From: an uncultured Lentisphaerota bacterium
Lineage (GTDB): Bacteria; Verrucomicrobiota; Kiritimatiellia; CAIQIC01; JAGNIJ01
DNA: 48,254 nt
Reading direction: 5' to 3'
Assembly (NCBI GenBank): GCA_937870865.1
Contig: CALMZY010000386.1
Location: 1 to 48,254 of the forward strand
Positions 27,604-36,511 of this stretch are shown piece by piece (the first letter of the stretch is position 1; each line of letters opens with the position of its first letter). The notes below the pieces were generated by a model. It did not search any database. It was not told the DNA's origin and saw only the letters and a list, made by a program, of their open reading frames with translations. The translations under genes and the position numbers were made by a program.

Positions 27604-27649
27604 TTCCAACCCTTGGAAAATCCGCGGGAATTTTTTCCAAGGGTTGGAA
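27604..27649. repeat. 17-bp perfect-stem hairpin between locus genes 2 and 3
   Basis: TTCCAACCCTTGGAAAA 27604-27620 pairs with TTTTCCAAGGGTTGGAA 27633-27649. The loop contains the near-palindrome TCCGCGGGA. The AAGGAG RBS of the next gene follows. Confidence 0.85.
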
Positions 27650-27662
27650 AAAAGGAGTCCTC

Positions 27663-28235
27663 ATGAAGCTTCTTCGCGGCGTGTTTTGTCTCCTCTGGAT
27701 CCTGTTTCTTCTCCTGAACTCCAGCGCGTTCGGACAGAACCGGAGCCTGGCCGACGCGTTCGTCGGCGGGGCGTCGGCCGGCAAGCCGGCGCCCGCGAGC
27801 ACACCCGCCGGCCATCGCGCGGCGGTCGAACAGCTGTTCGAGCAGATCGACATGCCGGAGACGGTGAACCGCAGCGTCATGCAGATTTCGGCCGCGCTCA
27901 CGGGCGCCGCGGCGGAGGATGGCGCGTACAAGGATGCGGTGGACGCGTACGTGCGCAAGTACGTGAGCTGGGAGGCGCTGAAGGACGAGATCGTCGCGCT
28001 GTACATGAAGAAGTTCACGGAGAAGGAGGTCTTGGACCTCATCGCGTTCTACAACACGGCGACGGGGCGTAAGCTCCTGGCGGAAACGCCGGACATCGGC
28101 GCGACGATCTCCGTCACCGTGCACAATCGACTCGTCGATCACAGTCCCGAGCTCAAGCAGATGATGATGGAAACCGACTTCAAGGCGTTCAAGGATGCGC
28201 TCAGCGACGACACCCCGCCCGAGGATCAACGCTAG
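27663..28235 (+). CDS. Exported DUF2059-like protein (locus gene 3)
   Basis: Signal peptide MKLLRGVFCLLWILFLLLNSSAFG. LYMKKFTEKEVLDLIAFYNTATGRKLL fits the DUF2059 core motif (fT..El..li.FY.sp.GkK) from memory. Confidence 0.65.
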   Translation: MKLLRGVFCLLWILFLLLNSSAFGQNRSLADAFVGGASAGKPAPASTPAGHRAAVEQLFEQIDMPETVNRSVMQISAALTGAAAEDGAYKDAVDAYVRKYVSWEALKDEIVALYMKKFTEKEVLDLIAFYNTATGRKLLAETPDIGATISVTVHNRLVDHSPELKQMMMETDFKAFKDALSDDTPPEDQR

Positions 28236-28244
28236 GATTTCTCC

Positions 28245-31200
28245 ATGAAGCACATTTCTTCAAAGGGAACGGTGTGTTGCCGGGTGGGGTGGGCCGGACT
28301 GCTGATCGTCCTGCTCGGTGTCCTGTCCGCCGCGGGCGAGTGGAGCCAGGCCGTCAAGGACGCCGCCGCGCGGGTGGCCGCCGGGAACGCGTCGCCCGCG
28401 GACCTTCAAACCGTCTTCGAGTACAACCAGTCGATCAATCGAATGGGCGCGCGCGGCACGCAGAACGGCGGCATCAACAACCAGGCGTACCAAGGCAGCC
28501 AGAAAGCATTCACGGCGAAGAATAACTCCATCATCCAGGATTCCGCTACGGAGTGCGGGCTCGACGTGGAGATCAAGGAGCCGAAGAGCGATCCCCTGGC
28601 GGGCACGGACACCGACGTCAACGTGAAGACGAAGGACGGCAAGCCCCTGACTCACGAGCAGTGGAAGAGGCTGAACGACACATACAACCGCAAGGTCAAC
28701 GAGTACCTGAAGAAGCCGCCCGGCAGCAAGGTCAACACGGGCACCGACCTGATGCCCGACCCGAAGACCACGAACCCGCAGGAGTTCCAGAAGATCTGCA
28801 ACGACATCAACAACCAGGGCGGCACGACGTACAAGGATCCCGCCGCCGCGCGGGTCGAGGGGGCGATGGCCAAGGGCGAGCCGATCGTCATCAACGAAGT
28901 CGGCAGCTACGTCAAGGAATTGCAGGGCCAGGCGCAGTCGCATTTCGACGCAGCGGCGAAGACCACCGCCGAGGCGAACAACCTGGCCAAGGTCTACGGC
29001 GAAAACAGCCCGCAGGTGCAGGATTTGCGCGCGAAGGCCCAGATCGAAAATTCGCAGGGCGCGAAGTACATCGAGAAGATCGAGAACGTCGGCGCGAAGA
29101 TTCGCGGCGAGGCGGGCGTGGCGGCCGCGCCGGGAACGGAGTCGCCGTCCGGCAAGCTGACCGAGACGTTGAAGAACAATCGCGGCGCCGACACCATCGC
29201 GCAATCGGAGCAGATCGGCCCGCTGTCCAAGAACGCTCTTAACAACGCCACGCAGAGCACGATTGAGGACCTGGCGAGGGTGGCGAACGCGAACCCCAAG
29301 GCCGCACCGGCCTGCCAGCAGGCCATTGCCGACAGCCTGCGCGACCTGCCGATGAGCCAGAAGGGCCAGGCGATGGAGATGATCAAGACGAAGTACGGCA
29401 ATGATTTCGCGAAAGGCGTGGCGAAGGCCGCGCAGGGCCCAACGGGCGGCGCGACCGTCATGAAGGGATTTGAGAAGGTCATGAAAGTCCTCGGCCCCGG
29501 CCTGATGATTTACGACGGATATCATCGAATCACCGGCGCCTTGAACGCGCCGGACGAGGCGAAGACGTATGTCGCCGGCAAGGCCATCGGCGGTTTCGTC
29601 GGTGGCCTGGGGCTGGGCGCGGCGGTGGGGCTGGGCGTGGCGGGAATTCTGGGCGCGCCCGTGACGGCGGTCGGCGCGGCCGTGGTCATCGGTACAGGGA
29701 TCATCGCCGGCGGCCTCGGCTACGGGGTCGGCGATTACGCCGGCAGTTCGCTTGCCGGCTGGATGCTCGAGGGCGTGCGGCCGCGCGACCAGAGCGAGTA
29801 CGATGCGCTGGCGGCCAAGGGCCTGCTGGACGGCAGCAAGGACATCTACGGCCAACTCATCGCCGCCGGCGTGGATCCGGCCACCGCCGCCGCCGCCGCG
29901 GCCGCGTACAAGAACGGCGACGTGAAGACCTTCCGCGACATCCTCGCGAGCGTCCGCGACAAGCTGGTCAAGGGCGCGAAGAAGATGCCGCCGCGCCGGT
30001 TCAACGAACTGGCGACCAATGAAGTCGAGGTGCTGCTCGACTGTCTGTGCTCGAAGTCGCTGGGCGCCAATCCGTGGGTTGCGCAGGGCTATAACACGGA
30101 GATCCCCAAGGACGCCGATCCGAAGGCCCATTCCTGCGGGAGCCTGGCCAATGGTCCGTGCATGGCGTCGGGCTTCGTCTGCTGGCGCAGTTTCATCAAG
30201 TGGGGGAATCCGGGCATCTCGGATTGCCTCGCGTCGTTCAACCTTCCGACCAACTCCGGCTACGTGCGCGGGGAGATCGATGCGAAGTACCAGAAGCCCT
30301 ACGAGAAGCCCTTCAAGATCAAGGTGATCGCGGACCCGGTCGAGTTTTGCCCGAATGACAAGATCAACGTGAAGATCGTTTGCGAGGGCGGTCGCGGCGA
30401 CTACGAATACCGCTACTACGCCGGCTGGCCCCTGCAGCGTCCCGCGGATGGTCCGAAGGATGCGTGGACGTCCACGCGGTCGTCCAGCATGACGTTCACC
30501 GCGCCGGATCTCAGGCGCGGCTACTTCGACGGACAGTGGGTCTACACGCGGCCGGCCGAATACTATCCGACGTACGTCCAGGTGTGGGCCAGGAGCACCA
30601 CGTTCGATCAGGTCAGCGGCCAGGAGGTGCCGACGGAAATCTGCCAGTCCGTCGGCCTTCGCATGCGTTCGCATGCCGAATGCGAGAAGCTCCATCCGCC
30701 TCCGCCGCCGGAGACCAAGAAGAAGCCGCCGACGAAACCGGTGACCGTTTCGAAACCGACAACGGGGACGAAGACCTCCGCGCCGGAGAGCACGGGAACC
30801 GCTCCGCCGCCGACCACGCCCGGCAAGTATGTTCCTCCGGCGACCACGACACCCGGGGGAAAGAAGACAACTTCCGGCGGAAAGGGCGGACCCGCGAGCG
30901 GTTCAACTCCGCAGCCGCCCCCGGCGCCGCCTTCGCAACCTCCGCCGGCGGGAGGCTCGGGAGCGGGTGGTTCTCAAGGCCCGCAGGAGCCGGGAAGCTC
31001 TCCGAAGCCGCCGTCCTCGGGTGACTCGGATGCCGGCGGGAGCGCCGGAGATTCAACCGTCGACTGTTCCTTCGGCGGCGGTGCGACGGCCATGGACAAT
31101 GGTCCGTTGAATATGTGGGTTGAGGTGCCATCGAACCAGCGCGTGCGGGTGACGATCAAGGGATCGGATGGCTTCTCGCAGACGCTCGAAGGTGTCGGAC

Positions 31201-32309
31201 GGGTGGACATCACGCGTCCGCGTAATCCGAGCGGCACGGACACGATCACGATGGAGAACCTGGACCGGCCGGGCTGCATGGACCAGCAGGTCGCCCAGTA
31301 CGACACAAACGGAATTCCGGGCGGCATGCCGACCTCGGTCAACACGAATGCGCCGGGTTTGGAGGGCAGCGAGGCCGGAATCGGCGCGCTGCCGCCGGAC
31401 GGAACGATCCTTTCGGATCCCGAGGGCGCGCTCGGCGGGTTTATCGGGAACAAGACCGCGAAGGGCGGCGAGAGGACGGACCAGGGATTTGAAACCATCA
31501 AGGTCACCACGGACTCGCAGGCGAAAGAGACCTCCAGCGATCTGGACGTCGCCGCCGCGGGTCATGTGGTGGATGTCGCCGGCGCCGACGCGCAGGACAC
31601 GAAGGATGCGACGGCGAAAGGCACCGCGAAGAGCGATCAGGAAACGAGTTGGGGAAAGACGCTGGGCGATTCCATTCAGAAGGGATTCGAGGATGGAGTG
31701 TCGGCCGCGGCGACGGCGTTCGGTTCGGCCGCGGCGGACAAGGCCGCGGGATCGATTTTCGGCGGAACGAAAGACAAGTCCGATGGAGAAGAGGGGTCGT
31801 CTGCAGGCGAAGGCGAACAGGTCGCCGGCGGTACAACGTCGGCCGGCGGATCATCGTCCGGTGCTGCCGTTGGGGGAAGCAGTGGCGGCGGCGGAGGTGG
31901 CGGGGGGAGCGGCAGTGGCGGCGGCGCGCCTGTGACAACGAGCCTTCCGATTTCTCCCACGAATGTTGTGGGGGGTGGGCAGGGCGGAACGGTGACCTGC
32001 GAATTCTGCGGATACACGACCGTGGTGCCGCCCGGCGGTCAGCCGGCCCCGAATTGCCCGGTTTGCGGTTGCGGCAGAGACAAGGCCCTTGTGACTTGCT
32101 CCGTGTGCGGTTACCGATGGCTGGTGCCTGTGGCGGACGGACCGCCGACGGGCGGATGTCCGAAGTGCGGGAATGGCGGGCCGGTGACGCCGGACGAAAC
32201 GGGCGGCGCGGGCGCGATCGCTCCGCCGGCTGTCGGAGTGGGTACACCGGCAACGGGTGTGCCGATGACTCCCGTGACGCCCGGCGCGGGAGTGACACCC
32301 ATCCGGTAG
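28245..32309 (+). CDS. Giant exported low-complexity protein 1 (1354 aa; locus gene 4)
   Basis: ATG lies 9 nt after the previous stop. In order: an N-terminal hydrophobic signal or anchor; a charged A/K/E/Q-rich region; a glycine-zipper hydrophobic block (nt 29575-29760); a Cys-rich globular region (nt 30031-30695); a Pro/Thr/Gly linker; the conserved DSWG-type module (31647-31766); a Gly/Ser run; and two CxxC...CxxC motifs (31995-32175). Confidence 0.8.
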   Translation: MKHISSKGTVCCRVGWAGLLIVLLGVLSAAGEWSQAVKDAAARVAAGNASPADLQTVFEYNQSINRMGARGTQNGGINNQAYQGSQKAFTAKNNSIIQDSATECGLDVEIKEPKSDPLAGTDTDVNVKTKDGKPLTHEQWKRLNDTYNRKVNEYLKKPPGSKVNTGTDLMPDPKTTNPQEFQKICNDINNQGGTTYKDPAAARVEGAMAKGEPIVINEVGSYVKELQGQAQSHFDAAAKTTAEANNLAKVYGENSPQVQDLRAKAQIENSQGAKYIEKIENVGAKIRGEAGVAAAPGTESPSGKLTETLKNNRGADTIAQSEQIGPLSKNALNNATQSTIEDLARVANANPKAAPACQQAIADSLRDLPMSQKGQAMEMIKTKYGNDFAKGVAKAAQGPTGGATVMKGFEKVMKVLGPGLMIYDGYHRITGALNAPDEAKTYVAGKAIGGFVGGLGLGAAVGLGVAGILGAPVTAVGAAVVIGTGIIAGGLGYGVGDYAGSSLAGWMLEGVRPRDQSEYDALAAKGLLDGSKDIYGQLIAAGVDPATAAAAAAAYKNGDVKTFRDILASVRDKLVKGAKKMPPRRFNELATNEVEVLLDCLCSKSLGANPWVAQGYNTEIPKDADPKAHSCGSLANGPCMASGFVCWRSFIKWGNPGISDCLASFNLPTNSGYVRGEIDAKYQKPYEKPFKIKVIADPVEFCPNDKINVKIVCEGGRGDYEYRYYAGWPLQRPADGPKDAWTSTRSSSMTFTAPDLRRGYFDGQWVYTRPAEYYPTYVQVWARSTTFDQVSGQEVPTEICQSVGLRMRSHAECEKLHPPPPPETKKKPPTKPVTVSKPTTGTKTSAPESTGTAPPPTTPGKYVPPATTTPGGKKTTSGGKGGPASGSTPQPPPAPPSQPPPAGGSGAGGSQGPQEPGSSPKPPSSGDSDAGGSAGDSTVDCSFGGGATAMDNGPLNMWVEVPSNQRVRVTIKGSDGFSQTLEGVGRVDITRPRNPSGTDTITMENLDRPGCMDQQVAQYDTNGIPGGMPTSVNTNAPGLEGSEAGIGALPPDGTILSDPEGALGGFIGNKTAKGGERTDQGFETIKVTTDSQAKETSSDLDVAAAGHVVDVAGADAQDTKDATAKGTAKSDQETSWGKTLGDSIQKGFEDGVSAAATAFGSAAADKAAGSIFGGTKDKSDGEEGSSAGEGEQVAGGTTSAGGSSSGAAVGGSSGGGGGGGGSGSGGGAPVTTSLPISPTNVVGGGQGGTVTCEFCGYTTVVPPGGQPAPNCPVCGCGRDKALVTCSVCGYRWLVPVADGPPTGGCPKCGNGGPVTPDETGGAGAIAPPAVGVGTPATGVPMTPVTPGAGVTPIR

Positions 32310-32333
32310 GATGCGTGATTCGTGAGGTGACTT

Positions 32334-35300
32334 GTGAAGAGACTTCTTGTGTCTGTGTCTTTCGCGTTGTTCGTTTCTTCGGGTGCGTTCGCGCAGGGCA
32401 ACTTCGGCGACACTCGCATCCCGGAAGACCTTCCTCTCGAGGACTACGGCAAATACTGGGACCAGTACAACCAGGAGATCTCCAAGGCGCAGGCGGAGTA
32501 CAACAAGAGCGTCCAGGACATCAAGAACAGCACGAAGTCGGGCCCCGAACAGCAGGCCAAACTTCAGGAGGCCCAGGGCAAGTACCGCGCGCAGAGCCAG
32601 AAGCTCGCGCGCAACGTCCGTGACCCGATCCATCGCCGCCTGATCCAGGAGGTCAACACGGGCGCGACCGAGGGGGCTGGCGCGGCCAACTCGCAGGTGC
32701 GCCAGACCAGCGGGACCGACGTGAACAGCGACGGCTTTCGCGGGCACGAGGGCGACCTGGACGGCGGCGGCGGAGCCCGGACGGCCGACAAGGTGACGCA
32801 AACCCTCAAGAAGATGAAGATCAACGTGCCCGTGGAGACCTACGGCGGCACGATGGAAGTCAAGGGCGGGATGAACCTGACGATCAACAAGGAGGGCCCG
32901 CTCGGCAAGGTCGGGTCGGCGGCGCACCAGGCGCAGGTCGGCGTCGACGCCCGCAATCCCGAAACCTACGTGTCCGAATCCATGCAGAAGGGCCAGCCCG
33001 GCCGCGATGCGGTTCGCGTGCAGGATCACATCAAGAAGGGGCTGGACGGCAGTCCGGCGAAGGGCGCGCACAAGTGCGTGGCCGAGGGCTACGTCTCGGA
33101 CGCCCAGCTCCAGGAAATCATGAACAGGAACGGGATCACCGGCAAGACTCCGGACCAGTTCCGCGAGCAGCTTCAGAGTGCAAAGGAGGGCAGAGCGGGG
33201 GTATCCGATGCCGAGGCGGGCAAGTTCAACAAGGCCTGCGACGACATTATGAACACCGCCGAGGCCAACACGACCGCCAAGGCGAATGCGGAAATGGCCG
33301 GTGCGCAGAGGGAGCTGGACGGCTTGAAGGGGAAGACCGATCCGGCGTCCAAGGCCCGCGCGCAGGATCTTCGTAACCAGCTCGCCGATTCGCGCGCGAA
33401 GCTGGGCGAGACGAAGGCCGCCAACACCGAAGTGCGATCCGGACAAAGTTCGTACCACGAGAAGATCGGCAGTCGAACTGAAATGAGCGGCGAGCCGCGC
33501 GTGGCGGAGTCCGGCGGGCCTAAAGCGGCTGAAACGGCCGGTCCGAAGACAGCGGAAGCCGGCGGGCCGAAGATGGGCGAGTCCGGCAGTCCCCGCGTGA
33601 CGGAGTCCGGCGGACCCAAAGCGGTTGAGACAGCCGGCCCGAAGACCGTGGAGTCCGGCGGGCCGAAAGTCGGCGAGGCGGGCACCCCGAAAGCGGGCGG
33701 AACGGCTGCGCCGGAGGCTCCGGGACTGGGCGGCAAGGCGCTCAAGGCGGCCGGCGACGGCATGGAAGTCATTGCGGTGATCAACCAGGCCGGAAAGGTT
33801 CACGAGGGAATCAAGGAAGGCGACATCAACAAGGTGGCGGCGGGGATTGCCGGCGAGGATGCCGCGAAAACCGCGCAGGTGCAGGGCGGCAAGGATTACG
33901 CCGATGCCATGGGCCAGCTTCTCGATGCGAAGACTGCCGAGGCGCAGTCGGCCGCCGAGGGCAAGCTGAAGCGCATGGGCGCGACGCCGGACGAAATCCA
34001 GACGTATCACGACAACTATGACAAGGACCCGGCGGCGGCGCGCGCGGTCGTGCAGGCCGTGAAGGATCGCGGCGGAGTCGACACGAAGCCCCAGCAGGGG
34101 TTGGAAGGTGCCGGGCCGGAGGAGAGCAGTTGGAACGCGAAGGATCAGCTCGTGGACGGCGCAAAGCAGGCCGGCAGTTACGCTCACGCCGCCGGCGACA
34201 TGGTCTCGATGGGCGGGCTGAGCCACGTCGAGAATGCCGTGTCCGATGTTTACGACATTACCAAGAACGCCGATGCGGTGGACGATTCGACCAAGGCGGA
34301 ACAGCTCAGCAAGTTGTACACGGACCTGCGCATGCGCGGCGCCACTCCGGACGAGGCCAATCAGGCGCTTCAGGATTACTACAAAAATCCGAAACCGTTC
34401 CGCGATCTGGTCCAGGATCTGCGCGAGCGCGATCCGACCCAGTTCGACGAAGCGATCGGCCGGCACGCGAAGAATCTCGGGAATCGGGACAACGTCGATA
34501 TAAATCCCGACGACACCGCCGCCGACCGCGCGGCGGCATTGGGCAAACACCTGAAGCAGGGGCTGGTCGACGATCCGTCGAAAGCGGTGGGAGGCATCAT
34601 CGGCGACATCACGGGCGATAACCAGGAAACGCAGGGCATCCTCGATGCCGCGGGGAAACGCGACAAGGAAGGCGCCGCGATACGCGGCGGCATCTACAAG
34701 GATCTGATCGACCGGGGCGTCCCCGAATCGGAGGCCCGCGCGGCGGTCAACGACCTCGCTCGCGGCAATCCCGGCACCCTGCGCGGCGTGGTCAAGGACC
34801 TGCAGGCCAAGGACGCGCCCGCCAAAGACAAGCCGGAACCTGAAGCGGAAACGGCGGAGGCGAAGCCGGATGCCGAACCCGCCGCGGCGAAACCGGATAC
34901 GGAGGCCGTGACGGACACGGGCGAGCCGGCTCCGTGGGGCGCGCGCAACGACGACGGTGAGGCGGTCGATGCCGGGGCGTATGAGAACGGGGACCGGATC
35001 ATCAACAAGGACGGCGTCGAGTTTGTGAACCAGGATGGCCAGTGGGTCGAGACCGGCGACAACCGCGGCGCGTATGACGCCGACTCTGACAAGGGCGGTA
35101 TCGAGGCGGTTCCGACGCCTTCGATTCCCGACCTGGGCCTGGACGAGAACGGCAACGCGGCGGATCAGCAGACGGCCGGTGACGAGTCGGTGGCGGACGA
35201 CGAGGCCGGCGATGACGAAACGGCCGAAGAGGACGTGGCTGATGCGGACGAAGACTCCGGCGACGACGAGGCGGAAGACGGGGAGGTCTCGGACGCGGAT

Positions 35301-36367
35301 GGCGACGGCGAGGATGATTCCGAGTCGGATGATCTGGCCGAGGGCGAAGCGGATATGCCGGACATGGAAGAGGACGAAGAAGGGTCCGACGATGAGGGCG
35401 GTGTTCTCGACGGATACGCCGGTGATCGCGAGGAGGATGCGGGCCATCGCGGGAAGACCGGCTTAAACACGATGGGCAAGGTCATGCAGATCGCGAGAGC
35501 CTCCACGGCAGGAGATCAGGAGGTGGCTAACGCCAACCGGACCATCAGTAATGCGGGTGAAGATTTCAACACGACCCGGAATCAAGCTGCGTCCGATGCG
35601 GCCGCCGGCGATCGCGCGGACAGTTGGGGCACGAAAATGGGCGATTCCATTCAGCAGGGCTTGGAACAGGGTCTCGGGCAGGCCGCTACGGCGGTCGGCT
35701 CCGCCGCGGCCGACCAGGTGACCGGGCAGGTTTTCGACGGCGGAAAGAAGGATGAGCCGGAGAGCGGCGGATCGAGCGAGGGCAGTGGCGAGGGAGAAAG
35801 CGGCGGATCCACATCGGGCGCCACTATTTCCGGCGGGGGCGGTTCCGGGGGTGGAGGTGGATCGGGGGGGGGGGGGGGGGGGTGGGGGTGGGGGGGGGGG
35901 GGGGGGGGGGGGCGGTTCCGACGTCTATGCCGCCTCCGTCCGGTGGGGCTGGTGGAATTGGCGTAAGTGGAGAGAGTGGTGGCGGTCTCCCTGAAAGCGG
36001 CGGCGTTGGATCTTCGCCGCTTCCTTCGCCGACGTCCTCGCCGTCGGGTGGAAATGTCAAGCTGGTGTGTATGAAGTGCTCCTACGAGTTCATGCCGCCG
36101 GCCGATGGTTCAACAACGTGCCCGCAGTGCGGCGGCGCCACGATACCGCAGACGATCTGGGATCCGTCGCAGGCGCCCGGTGCCACAGCGACAACAACGC
36201 CGACTCCCGCGCCAACCCCTGCGCCGGCTCCGGCACCCGAGCCTCCGAAAGGCTGGAAATGCCCCGTGTGCGGGAGTTATGACACCGTCTTTTCCAACAC
36301 GCATCCCCTGTATGGAGATGTGTATCACTGCAACGGGTGCGGCGGCGCCGTGCATAATGTCTATTAA
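32334..36367 (+). CDS. Giant exported low-complexity protein 2 (locus gene 5), with the reading frame broken inside the poly-G tract (track ORFs 32334-35966 and 35882-36367)
   Basis: GTG start lies 6 nt after GAGG. Signal peptide MKRLLVSVSFALFVSSGAFA. It has the same C-terminal architecture as protein 1, but only if one G is added to (or two removed from) the tract at 35864-35912. That change would give about 1344 aa. Confidence 0.7.
33490..33700 (+). repeat. In-frame tandem repeat in giant gene 2 (two 32-aa units built from GGPK/AGPK 8-mers)
   Basis: PRVAESGGPKAAETAGPKTAEAGGPKMGESGS is followed by PRVTESGGPKAVETAGPKTVESGGPKVGEAGT. Confidence 0.8.
35864..35912 (+). repeat. Near-homopolymeric G tract (G19-T-G5-T-G23) inside giant gene 2
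   Basis: Counted directly: 35864-35882 are G, 35883 is T, 35884-35888 are G, 35889 is T, 35890-35912 are G. Confidence 0.95.
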
Positions 36368-36511
36368 GCACGGCTAAATCGTAGCCCATTCATTTATAAT
36401 GATTTATGAAGTGAACGCGAGTCCGGGCTCGGGCCGTTGTTATTGGCTGGACAGTTCAGCTTTTCGGAGTAGGAAGGGGTTTGGGGCGTGGCGGTAGCGG
36501 AGGGTTCAGCC

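Noticed and set aside
36395-36400. TATAAT hexamer in the 144-nt gap before giant gene 3, considered as an internal promoter.
   Set aside because: No acceptable -35 at 16-18 nt upstream. A single hexamer in an A/T-rich spacer is not enough.
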